Below are positions 41,167 through 53,859 of a stretch of DNA of 64,000 nucleotides, in pieces. Position numbers and translations under genes: made by a program. Location: the NCBI GenBank assembly GCA_951406725.2, contig OX597827.1, positions 48,546,001-48,610,000 of the forward strand. Direction: 5' to 3'. How positions within the stretch are numbered: the first letter of the stretch is position 1; each line of letters opens with the position of its first letter. The notes under the pieces were generated by a model. That model saw only the letters and a list, made by a program, of their open reading frames with translations. It was not told where the DNA came from and searched no databases. Source of the DNA: Octopus vulgaris. Taxonomy: Eukaryota.

Positions 41167-41760
41167 GAGTGAGAGAGCAGTTCATGCCATCAAAGTGACA
41201 CTGGGGTAAAATATACGAAGCCCAATATACCCATCCTGACTACCCGTCTGATAAGGGTACACCAGGCACATGCATCACAACCAAATGTGCGCGACATAGT
41301 GATCTCATATCAAGATAAACAGCACATGACCTTGCAGGTGGGGCCCAGTTAGAATTTTCTTCAGGTTGAGTAGCCCATCCCGCTCAAAAGGTCCCTGAAT
41401 AAGGGTTGTTTAAGGATGTTGAAAAAACCACCCATGTTTCCAGAGGTGAATTATTCAAACCCCAAAGAATCCCTCTCAACACATGGCTATGATGTTCCCC
41501 CACTACTTCTGCTCGTGATCAGAGATGCACATATCGTCAGCCACTAAGGGACATGCTCAACTGGTTAAGGTCAAACAACTGACAAGCAAATCTGTGGTAT
41601 TGAGCAGAATATTTGCTGTAGCCCATCTTTTATACCAAGACAAAACAATGTACATGATAACACTTCCAATCAGTTAAGATCAGAAGCCATGAGAGCCACT
41701 GCCTGGTACTGCATCAGGGCAAATGGTACTGCATCAGGGCATGGTACTGCATCAGGGCAG
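41167..41760 (-). mobile_element. Non-coding (TAA)n-embedded retroposon, copy 2
   Basis: As copy 1; the right end carries three copies of tggtactgcatcagggc. Confidence 0.7.
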
Positions 41761-41783
41761 TATTATTATTATTATTATTATTA

Positions 41784-41850
<67 letters not shown>

Positions 41851-41852
<2 letters not shown>

Positions 41853-42968
41853 TATGTTTGACTTCTGCTTTATGTCTGTACAAGTTGGCTCCAAGTCTCA
41901 CCCAGATACCTCAAGAGACAACAGGTTGGAAGTTCACGTTGTTGTTATGCCTAGTGTGCCATATATTTGGGGGTTTTTTTGGTGTTGTTCTAGTGAATGT
42001 CTAATACATAAAAAAAGTTTTTTTTAAACCTTGGGATTACATAGAGAGTATTTTGCGTAGGATATGAGCAGTTCCCATGAGCACTATCTTTTGAATTTCT
42101 GCCATTTTGGGGTTTCCTGGTATCTGAGTTAGGTAGCAATCAGTCCCTTTCGCTATCATTCCCAGGGCACCTATGACAACAGGTATTGTTTTAGTCTTCA
42201 GCTTCCACATTTTGCTGATTTCTATTTCAAGATCTTTATATTTGATCAGTTATTCGTAGGTCTTGACAGATACGTTTATATCGATTGGGACAGTCATATC
42301 AATGAGGAGGCATGTTCTTTGTCTGAAGTCTTTCAATATGATGTCTGGCCTATTTGCATCTATGTTTCTGTCAGTTTGAATGGTGAAGTTCCAGAGGAGC
42401 GAGATGTGGTCATTTTCAAGCACTGGAGGTGGATTGTGTTCCCACCAGTTTTTCAAGGGGCAAATCCAGGTTTTTGCAAATTACCCAGTGAATATGTTGT
42501 GCAGCTCTATCATGCCTGTTGAAGTACTCTATAGGCGCTAGAAGACTGCATTTGGAGACAACATGATCAATGGTTTCATTTTGTTGTTGGCATACACGAC
42601 ATGTTGGGCTACTGCCGTTCTTTAATATGTTGGCCTGGTAGTTTCTTGTTGGTAGGCATTGATCTTGAGCTGCTATGATAAACCCCTCTGTTTCAGATTT
42701 TAAGCCAGAGGCCATTAGCCATTGATGGGTCAGGGCTTTGTCAATATCTGCATTATTCGCTCTCTTTGGGTATTTGCCATAGAGAAGTTTTTCTTGCCAT
42801 TTATTATTCAGAATGTCTAAGGGCGCAGTTTTGGCATGGGTTTCCATGCGCCTAGCTTTTTCTGTGCTTGTTTCTTGTATGTCTATCTCTAATTCCGAAA
42901 TTGGTTGTATTCGAAATTCACTTAGATATTCCTTTGCCTGTTTTGTTACTGAGTATGATGCTTTCTTG

Positions 42969-42970
<2 letters not shown>
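41851..42970 (-). mobile_element. 5'-truncated R4/Dong-type non-LTR retrotransposon
   Basis: GLKSETEGFIIAAQDQ, CRVC...TIDHVVSKC, RHD, ANRPDIILKD...LIDMTVP; (TAA)n on both sides. Confidence 0.92.
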
Positions 42971-43025
<55 letters not shown>

Positions 43026-43027
<2 letters not shown>

Positions 43028-45391
43028 TTTTTTTTTTCTTCTTTCAAATTTTCTTCCATTTCTTGCCGAGTGTCTTCCCGACTCCTAGGGCAAAGAAACT
43101 CATAGTGTATATTGGTAGGCCATTAAACCAAACTCAGTAGTTCGTTCATTTTTTTTTTTTTTTTTTTTTTAAAGTTAAATTAAAATACATGAGCAGCAAC
43201 AGTTCTCACATCGACAATGCTCTTCTCAATACGTGTGATGTACCAGTTAAGACAATCTTTTGCACTTCTTGCAGGGATGGTAAGCCAGGGATCATTCTCA
43301 TATAATTTTCGGTTCCCTTCTTGATCATTCCTAGTACTCCTACGATCACTGGTATTGTAACCGCCTTGAGATGCCACATTTTCTCAATTTCAATGAGTAG
43401 GTCTTTATATTTTCTGAGCTTGTCAAACTCTTTCGCTGAGATATTATGATCACAGGGGATGCTCATGTCGATCAATAAGCAAACTTTATTGTTTTGGTCT
43501 TTCACAACAATATCTGGTTTATTGGCCTTGATGGTTCGGTCTGTATGTACTGGAAAGTCCCACAGAATGGTTACATTTTCTCCTTCAGTTACAGCCTCAG
43601 GGTGGTGATTATACCACTTGTCGGCAGTTTTGATATTGTAATGCCGACTTATTAGCCAGTGGAGATATTGGCCAACTCTGTCATGTCTTAATTTATACTC
43701 CACTGGTGCTAAGACTTTACATCCAGAGATTAGGTGGTCCACTGTTTCAATCATGTCGTTGCAGAATCGGCATTTTGGGTCTGCTCCATTTTCATCACAT
43801 TGGCCTGGTAGTTCCGGGTTAATAGGCTTTGGTCTTGAGCAGCCAGGATGAAACCTTCGCTCTCTGCTTTTAGCCCTGAGCTCCGCAGCCACTGATGGGT
43901 TTGCTTCTGGTCAACATCAGCTTGTTTGCTGCGGGTCACATATTTACCGTGCAGAGGTTTCTCCTCCCACCTATCAGCCAATTGCTCGTGCGCTTTTTTC
44001 ATTGCCATCATTTTTCACCTTCTTTGCAACAATAGTTGCCGTACTTCCCTCGGGTTGTTCAGTTTGGGTATCCTGCACGAGATCAATAGCAAATTTTTTG
44101 CTTTTCTTGATGATAGAATGAAGCTTCTTTCGTCTCTCGTGATTTTCCACGAGCTTTAGCATCCAGTCATTCGATATTTCGAGATATTTGGCCAGTCCAA
44201 TTGTGGTTGTTTTGTAAGCTAGTTCAAATTGGATCAGGCCTCGACCTCCTTGGGCTCTGGGAAGGTAAAGGCGATCTACGTCTGCCTTTGGGTGGTGCAT
44301 CCTATTACAACTCAGCAGCTTGCGTATTTTTCTATCTATATTCTTTACTTCACTCATATTCCAGTTCAACACATTGTAGCTATAAGTAACAACTGGAACT
44401 GCTAAGGAATTTATAGCTAACACCTTGTTACGTGCATTTAGTTCAGATTTCAGGACTGCACGAACTCTCCTATAACATTCCTTCCTGATTTTCTCTTTCA
44501 TGCTTGCATGCTGAATACCAGAGCCTTCATTTATCCCTAAATATTTGTATGTCTGTTCTTGCTCAAGCTCTCTTATGACTGTGTCAACATCTAACACGAC
44601 TGAATTTGTGGTCTTCACTTTCCCTTTCTGGAAAGTGGCCTTGGCACACTTCTCAAGTCCAAACTCCATCCCGATGTCATCGCTGAATGCTTTCACGGTG
44701 CGCAATAGGCCTTCAAGTTCATTATTGTCTTTACCATAAAGTTTTAAGTCATCCATATAAAATAGATGGCTTATTTTTTTATTGGCAATTTTATACCCAT
44801 AACCTGTTCTGTTTAATTCACTTGTAAGGGGTATTAGGGCTATGCAGAATATTAAAGGTGAAAGTGAGTCACCTTGAAAAATTCCACAGTTGATGTTTAT
44901 ATTTTCTGAGGCAAGTACTCCATTAGAGTGGTATAATTGGAGATTCGTATTCCACAACGACATATTGTGCTTCAGGAAGTTTGAAATCACAGGGGAAATT
45001 TTAAAGATGTCCAGCGATCTCAAGATCCATGGATGCGGTATACTGTCGAAGGCCTTTTTATAGTCAATCCATGCGGTGCTGAGATTTCTGCGCTTGTTGT
45101 GACAGTTCTCAAGGATCATACGATTGATTAGCAGTTGATCTTTGCATCCGTAAGAGCCTCGGCGGCACCCTTTTTGTTCAATGGGGAAAATATCGTTCTT
45201 CTCCATGAATGCATATGTTTTCTCCGCCAGGATAGATGTTAGGATTTTATACGTGGTGGATAGACAGGTTATAGGCCGATAGTTTTTTGGAAGGTTGGTT
45301 TCGTTATTCTTTGGGAGTAGGTAAGTAATGCCACTTGCTAACCATTCAGGTGTTTTCTTTGGGTCTCTCAAAATTCCATTGAGCAGCTGAA
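43026..45391 (-). mobile_element. 5'-truncated R4/Dong-type non-LTR retrotransposon: RT, CCHC and restriction-like endonuclease
   Basis: NYRPITCL, WIDYKKAFDSIPH, GIFQGDSLSP, LFYMDDLKLY, CRFC...DHLISGC, RHD, PDIVVKD...LIDMSIP...DKLRKY. Two frameshifts near 44020 and 43800; stop at 43206; (TAA)n flanks. Confidence 0.95.
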
Positions 45392-45392
45392 C

Positions 45393-45435
<43 letters not shown>

Positions 45436-46377
45436 GTCGTCGTCGTCATCATCATTATTACTATTTTCTTTGGGAGCGGGAAAGATCCACACTGGAATGC
45501 ATATGTAAGTACCTGGTAATAAGAGAAGAAAATAAATTGGGATTGTATGAGGATTGTGTAACGCCTCTCTATGCAATGAAATTATTTGCCCTTGGGAATT
45601 AAAAAAATATATAAGAAAGAGCTAAAGGATTTAAACTCGTTCCAAATCATAATTCGAAAACATAGCAACAAATTAAAACGAAAGAAAGAATATTCAATGC
45701 TGAATTATTGGTGTTTTTTTAGGATAGATTGCCTACATGATATATTCAATATCATCATCATCAACAACATCACACAAGCACCACCAACACTACTACTAGC
45801 TCCGTTCCCATTAACATCTTAATCATCATTTTGCTCTCCTTTTTCTCACAACCCTCATCATCATCACCACCATCATCACCATCATCATCGTCATCATCGT
45901 CATCATTGTCATCATCGTCATTATCGTCAGCATACCACCCATCAGCGATGTTGCAGTCGACATTAGCAGCTGTAACATAGTTGGTCTTCTTCATCAGGAA
46001 GACATCTTTGTGGTTATCATCTTCAAGAAAATTATCCTCCCTACCTACACCATCATTATCCTCATCATCACCACGATGAACATTGTAATCATCGTTATCA
46101 TCATCATCATCATCATCATCACCGTCATAATCATCCTCCTAATATCAGGTGGGAGTTATTATAAATTCTATCTCGGATATTGATTGGAGAGGCAAACTCT
46201 TCAAATGTCCCAAGCCTCGTGGCGCTCACAAACAAAATCATTCGATAAGATGATGAATAAAATGTAATGAGACAAGTAAAATCATACGAAGATAAAACGG
46301 TATATACATCTATCTATCTATCAATCTATCTTCCTCCCTGTCTCTCTCTATCTATCACTCTCTCTCTATATATATAT

Positions 46378-46432
<55 letters not shown>

Positions 46433-46667
46433 TAGATAAACAGGTAGATACATACATGCATACATACGTACGTGCACATATATATGTGTGTGTGTAAGTG
46501 TGTGTGTGTGTACGTGCGCATGTTTATACGTATATATAAATAAATATAAATATATATAAATATATTTATTTATTTTATTTTATATGATATATATATATAT
46601 ATCATATAAATTATATATATATACATGTCTATCTGTCTATTTATCTATCTATTTCTTTCTCGCTATG

Positions 46668-46808
<141 letters not shown>

Positions 46809-46913
46809 ATGTGAAGATACAGATGTATGTAATTATTTCAACTATTTCTATTTCTCAGTTAATTTAGCCTTCTTTCGTCTTGCAGTCATTATATTTGTTT
46901 CAAACATCTAATA

Positions 46914-46995
<82 letters not shown>

Positions 46996-47037
46996 TGTGT
47001 GTGTGTGTGTGTGTATGTATACATACGCATAAATGCA

Positions 47038-47081
<44 letters not shown>

Positions 47082-47843
47082 CTTACATTCATATGTACGT
47101 TCGCTTGTGTATATGTTTGTTTGTATGTATGATAGATAAACAAAGGCTAAATCTCGAAACAATTAATAACAGACCAGCTGTCAATTTAAGTGAAGCCTAG
47201 TTAATTAAATGGAATTGAGGAATAAACAGGATATATAATTATTCCTTAAATATAAACCCACGCTTACATTTACAGAAGCCAAAAAGTTGACATAGTCCCA
47301 TATATTCGTACGTATATACCTAGATGCATTCATAAATATATACATACAGTGAGACATGTAGACACACGCATAGTCTGAGACTGGCAGATGCATATGTCAA
47401 CATACATTCATAAATTCTTCAATAGCTGGATGAAAACACCAAAGCGGTGTAGGTAGGATTTTGACGATAAAAATGATTAGGCCTATTGCCTATGATTTAA
47501 GGACTTATATTTCTAGATACTTATTTCAAATCTAGCGACCACCAATTTAATATTTCGCAAGTGATAGTATTATTCTATGTATTATTGGTATATTAGTAGC
47601 GGTACCGATGGTTTCATGATAAAAGTTGCACAACATTCCAAGCGATCACTTACAATCATTGGTAATCCACTACCATGTTGGATTGCATTGTTAGGGAAAC
47701 GGATTATTAACATTCTTAAGTGGATCACAGGAAAAATTGCTCCACACTTGGAATCTTAGGTAGCATTACTGATCCACATATAAAGATTAAATTTATCTCA
47801 CCATATGCAGTGTTGAGAATATATTTTTCTGATCACTACTATA

Positions 47844-47913
<70 letters not shown>

Positions 47914-48364
47914 TATGCATTATATACATACATATATATATATATATGTATATATATAGATAGATAGAGAGAGAGGGAGAGAGTGAGATACATAGATAGA
48001 TAGACAGAAAGAGAGATATACAGATATAGATATAGATATGTATATATATATATATGTACATATACATTTATACATTCATTCATACAAGGATATATACATG
48101 TATGTATGTATGTATGTATGTATGTGTATATATATGTGTGTCTGTGTATAATTCCATTTAATTACTCAAGGAACTAAAATTCCTTGAGGGATGCGAGCAT
48201 CGTAGTTCACCTGTTGATACCAGCCTTCAGAGAATACGAAGTATATTAGTTTATCACCGAAACGTATAGGTATTAAAATAAACATTTGTAAATAAGAAAA
48301 TTAAGGAAATGGATAGAAATTTACGTACAGATGTTTTTATTTAAAGACATTCAAATTCATACAT

Positions 48365-48557
48365 AGAAATTCCTACCGACAAAAACAATGAGGAAAACGG
48401 GTTTATAAAAAACAAAAAGGTGTATTAGTTTAACGCAAGGGAATGTGAGAAAGTCTTTTACATTTCGAGCCTACGCTCTTCAACAGAAAGGAACACGAGA
48501 AAATAAACAGAGAGAGAATAAAAACAGCTTTAGCGGCCAGCGCTCAATCGTGGCTGC
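48365..48557 (-). mobile_element. Solo pLTR unit with variant HHR (48453-48491)
   Basis: Minus strand: cctttCTGTTGAAgagcgtaggctcGAAAtgtaaaagac; same family as 10787-10997. Confidence 0.65.
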
Positions 48558-48579
48558 TATATATATATATATATATATA

Positions 48580-49150
48580 ATCAAAATAAGCAACAAGGAT
48601 ATCCAGAGGTAATGCAGTACGATCGTTTCATGCAACTCCATTTAAATGAACAATGCAATCATTACATCAATTTAAAATAAAGAACAATCTTCAGCTGCAC
48701 AAAGACATAGAATTTAAGTAAATTAGAACAGAAGGACACATTAGTATAAGTTCACCTAATATCTCCAATAAGTTAAGGAGATAGAGAAAGAACATATTGT
48801 ACCTACAACATTATAGTTGTTACAAGATTATACAAGTTACTGGTTTTTACTTTAAATTTAGCAAGGTAACTCTATTTTTGTAAGTTCATTTTATGTGTTT
48901 TTAAGTTTACTAATCTTACGCAATGTATACCTATCCAGATTATTTTCTAAGTTTTTGTAGAAATGTTGCTCATATGTTTAAATGCCATTTCTCTATAATG
49001 GGATTTGTCCATTATGACCATTCTCCGTCCTTTGTCCGCCTCTTTAATAATTATTGAGTGATCTGTTTGTAAAGATTCCAAAACGCTTTCTTCCTCATGC
49101 TTGATATATAATCAGAGTATCCTCCGAACACTAAAACGTATGAGACCAAT
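48580..49150 (-). mobile_element. Internally deleted PLE remnant with decayed HHR (48612-48667)
   Basis: Minus translation SIIIKEADKGRRMVIMDKSHY. The 3' part reads atga ttgca...tgcat GAAA cgatcg T A ctgcat with a damaged core. Confidence 0.6.
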
Positions 49151-49830
49151 ATTATTGTTTTCTCACAGCTAACATTCGAAATGTTTCACCTGCTTTTCTC
49201 GTGCACTCTTGACCACAAACCAGCCTTCTATCAAATTTACTCAGAAGGCATGGGGAAACTGAAGGCAATAGCAAAATACACTTACACAAGGCGCCGCGCG
49301 ATTTAACCAAACGTGAAACTACGCGGCTGGAGACAGAGCTTCTAACCACGCAGCCATCTCTGTGCATAAGTAATGGAAAGTTGTTTAATAAAACAAGGCA
49401 GAAATTATAAATCCGAACAGGACTCGATACAACTTTATAATAACTGTACAGGAAATGGTTATAATCTACAGATTTAATGTTTTTCTTAAGAATTTCCGGT
49501 TTTCTAAATTAAATATAAGGTTTTGTATGTGTATAGATGTGTTTGAGAGAGCGTCTCTGGGTGCGTGCGTGTGTCTGTGTGTAAGTGTATCTGCAATTTA
49601 TATGCATATATATATCATATGCATATGTATTTTTCTTTATAAACGTTAAATAATGCACATTAAATATGCTATATATTTATGTATGTGCGTGCATTTATAT
49701 CGATATATGCATACATAGAAATATACTCACCCATGGACATAGAGAGAGAGACACACACACACACACAAACACTTATATACTATATTTTATACACGGAGAG
49801 TATTACGTATAAATATACAAATCATTGATA

Positions 49831-50230
49831 TAGGTGAGGTGGTATCAAAAGGTTCCCGGAATAATTTTGTAGCGCGCCATCAGATGGCAGCACGCGGAAG
49901 CATGTGCAATGAGAGCTAGCAGAAACTTTCATGAGGCAGTGTGCTGAGTTAGATTGATGTGTTTGCCTCACAAGTTGCGAAATTTGTGTATTTGTGATCA
50001 CATGTATGCTGTAGTCTGCGATTTTTGTCATGGACAGGTAGTTGGAACAAAGAGTCAACGTGAAATGTTGCCTTAAACGCAGGAAATCTGCTACAGAGAC
50101 ATTGAGAATGCTTGGGCATGCTTACGGCAACAAGGCAATTGATCGTACGCAAAGTTTCGAGTGCACGGGTGCATGGAAGAGCCATGGCTCGCTGAAGAGC
50201 ATGCTCACCGATTTTCACCATTCAGTAGGA
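49831..50230 (+). mobile_element. Internally deleted mariner remnant (N-terminal HTH)
   Basis: EQRVNVKCCLKRRKSATETLRMLGHAYGNKAIDRTQSFE matches the mariner HTH. Left end ta.g.gaggtggtatcaaaaggttcc. Confidence 0.75.
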
Positions 50231-50354
50231 AAACCGTTGTATTACACTTTCACATTTTCTTTTATATCTTGGCATCTGAAGCAGCTAGACATACGATAGT
50301 TTGACCAAAAGAACTGGTTATTGCAACCAAAAGTAAATCTTGACAAAAAGCCAA

Positions 50355-50411
<57 letters not shown>

Positions 50412-51164
50412 CGTGTGTGTATGGGTGTGTGTGTGTATGTATATATATATATACATATTTATATACATATATACATATTTATATGCATGCATATATATAT
50501 ATACATACATATGTAAATATATACATACATATGTAAATATATACATACATATATAGATATTTATATACATATATATATATGAATATATATATGCATTTAT
50601 ATATATATATGTATGTATATGTGTGTATATATATACACACATATGCATATATATGTGTATGTATATATTAATATATATATATACATATGTATATGTATAT
50701 ATGTATGCATGTATGATTGTAGTTATGTATGAATATATGTGTATGTATGAATATATGTGTGTGTGTGTATGTATGTATGCATGTACATATGCATGCATGT
50801 ATAGATACATAATTGCATACATGACATGCGTGTATATTCGATATTCTTAGTCAATGCAACAGGATGAGTCCCAGCAAAGACAAGAATTTCTCTTTCATAC
50901 ATAGAGAGAGAAAAATCAAAGGCATACACACAACCACGGACAGCGGGAGACATTTTCAAGCTTAACAACGTAGAGTCTGCATGGCTTGCACGCGTGTAGA
51001 GTCTGCATGCGTCGCGTGTATGATAATGAGGAACAGCGAAAATTTATCATCGTTCAGTTATGGAAGGTGTCCTTTAACAATCAGTTCATCAGTCTTTATT
51101 GTGTACTGTATAATAGGAGCATACAGTCTCACTGCATCTACTTCTCCGGCTCTTTCTCAATCTC

Positions 51165-51201
<37 letters not shown>

Positions 51202-51373
51202 CATTGTCTCCATATTTTAGTATAAGCAACCACAGACAGACACACAAACTTAAATAGGTATAGTTTTATACATGTATATATACGCACGCACACACGTACA
51301 CACAGGGATAGATAGATAGATAGATAGATTGATAGATTGATCGATAGATATATAGATAGAGAGATAGATAGAG

Positions 51374-51431
<58 letters not shown>

Positions 51432-51472
51432 GCAGACATATAGATATATAGATAAATAGATAGATAGATAGT

Positions 51473-51519
<47 letters not shown>

Positions 51520-51528
51520 ATACGCACT

Positions 51529-51571
<43 letters not shown>

Positions 51572-51994
51572 ATGATGAAATGTGACGGAAAGATTGTCGT
51601 TAAAGTCTTTGTGCATAATATATCAAACCTAATGCAAAAGATTCGCAATAAATACTCGTTATACATTGAGAACTTTATTTACGATTCAAATCGCATCTTT
51701 ACAATAGAATATGAGAACCAATAAATAAAATATTTATCTTGTGAACGTGCACGTCACTTGGTTTGATTATTCGACTATAAATTTCCAATAATTGCAATCC
51801 AATATTTCCAGGAAATATATTCTAAGATAAATTCAGTTAGGAAAACTTTCGCAAGATTCTGATGTAAAATCTTGAGAGGAAAGAGGTCTTTGGGAGACAC
51901 ATAATCATTGAATAGGTAATGGGCTTTAATAAAAGGACTTTCACACACCAATCGGTTAACTAACTGATATTTTTTTTCTTTTATTTGTTGTAAT

Positions 51995-52192
51995 CCTTTT
52001 CATAGCGTTCATGCTGGAGCACCGCCTTCCGTCGAACAAATCAACCCCAGGACTTTATCCTTTGTAAGCCTAGTACTTATTATTCTATGGGCTTCTTTTG
52101 CCAAACCTCTAATTTACGGGGACGTAAACACGCCAACATCGGTAGTCAAGCGATGGTGGGAGGACAAACATAGACACACAGATATATACACT

Positions 52193-52230
<38 letters not shown>

Positions 52231-53383
52231 TATATATATCTATATATATTAAACTCAACTTGTGTGTCTGTGTGTGTATCTATGTGTGTGTATGTGTGTT
52301 TAAATTCCCGGCAAATTTCCTCCTAGCCAAGAAATCGTAGAATCACCCAAAATGGGTCACTTAAAGTTTCGGCGAATGAAAATTGAACTGCGCTATTTCT
52401 CTTCCGAAATTCATCTCGCAAGTGCAAAAATCGATAATGTGTTTGTTTAGGCCTTATCCCATGCATTGGATAGTGAACTTTACTCAGTCAGCTGTGTTCA
52501 TCACGCGTGCAAGCATGCGTAAATTGCATGAAAAATAAAAAATCAAGATATAAAAACGAATCGCCGTAAACATTGTAGAAATTCGGCAAAGAATTGAATT
52601 TTGCGTTGAGTCTGCAATTTGAATCACTTTTAACTAAATTTTAGCAGGCCGGATTTTTGATCATCACGATACATCGCCACCGACTCCCTGAAACTCTCCC
52701 CTGAAATCCCCGTTGAGAAATCTATATATATATAAAACTCAACTTGTGTGTCTGTGTGTTTAACTTTTGGATCTACCAAGTTTCATTATTAAGGATGGAA
52801 AGTAGTGTGTAGCAAATCTATATATATAAAGCTAAGGTTGTATGTGCGTGGCAGGTTTGGTAGCCTTCAACTAACACTATCTCCTTCGAGACCCTGCAGC
52901 GCAAGTTGACCAAAATTGAGAGTATGATAGAAGAAGGCTTGCTCTTCATTCTGTAGGAGATAGAATTCAAATCGGACCATGTTAACATCCAAAATTATTT
53001 ACATCAAAAAGGTGCTTTTTTTCTATGAAAATTCCTATTTTTTTACGATTTTTGACTGCTGTGTCACCATTTGTCGGTGTATTTCAACTGGAAAAATGTT
53101 CATTTGAAGAAAATAACAAGTCGTTAATGCAAAATTTTTACTTTTCAAAAATTCCAATTCCAAAGGGTCGAAACAAACCCAAGCAACACCTGGTGATAAT
53201 GCTAGTATATATATATATATATATATATATATAAGAAAGCTTCTTTCCGTTTCCGTCTACCGAATCCACTCACAAGGCTTTGGTCGACACGAGGCTATAG
53301 TAGAAGGTACTTGACGAAGGTGCCACGTAGTGGACTGAACCCAAAACCATGTAGTTCGTAAGCAAGCTACTTAGTACACAGCC
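51995..53383 (-). mobile_element. Family 1 SINE split by a Helitron insertion (halves 51995-52190 and 53234-53383)
   Basis: Tail half and head half flank the insertion, which lies in the SINE's internal (TA)n. Confidence 0.75.
52239..53205 (+). mobile_element. Composite non-autonomous Helitron-like element
   Basis: a|TCTATATATAT..AAA 5' ends at 52239, 52721 and 52817. 3' end cccaagcaacacctgg...gCTAG|t at 53202-53205; A-T target. Confidence 0.65.
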
Positions 53384-53814
53384 TTTGAAGTAAATGATAC
53401 CCCGTATGTATATTTTCATTGGTAGTATAATCCCCACAAAATGCAATATTATTCTTTTAAATTCTTTCATCCTGTTACATGATCATTTTCTTGTCTTCAA
53501 TTCACATTCACATAATTTTAAGTAATATAGAATGGAGTCAACCTGTTACTCTACATACATGCATTATATGTGTGTGTGTGCGTATCTCTCTGTCTCTCTC
53601 TCTCTATATATATATATATATACATATATATACAGAGAGACAGAGAGAGAGATACGGGTGTGTGTGATTGTGTATAGAAGAATATATTAATAAAAGGAAT
53701 TTCAACCTTGTCTGATTTTCACGTTTTATTTACAATCTTATAATGATATAATATAATATAATATAATATAATAAAACAAAATAAAATAATAGAATGTTAA
53801 ATGTCCATTTTGAT

Positions 53815-53859
53815 TGAACTAGTACTTTCATGCATTAAATTCTGCAATCTTCAGGTTCA
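53815..53859 (-). ncRNA. Type I hammerhead ribozyme in the inverted pLTR
   Basis: Exact reverse complement of 56836-56880. Confidence 0.85.

Noticed and set aside
48208-48272. acctg ttgata...cGAAAcgtA taggt hammerhead-like motif
   Set aside because: The core lacks G8/A9 in the register that forms stem I; too degenerate to call.
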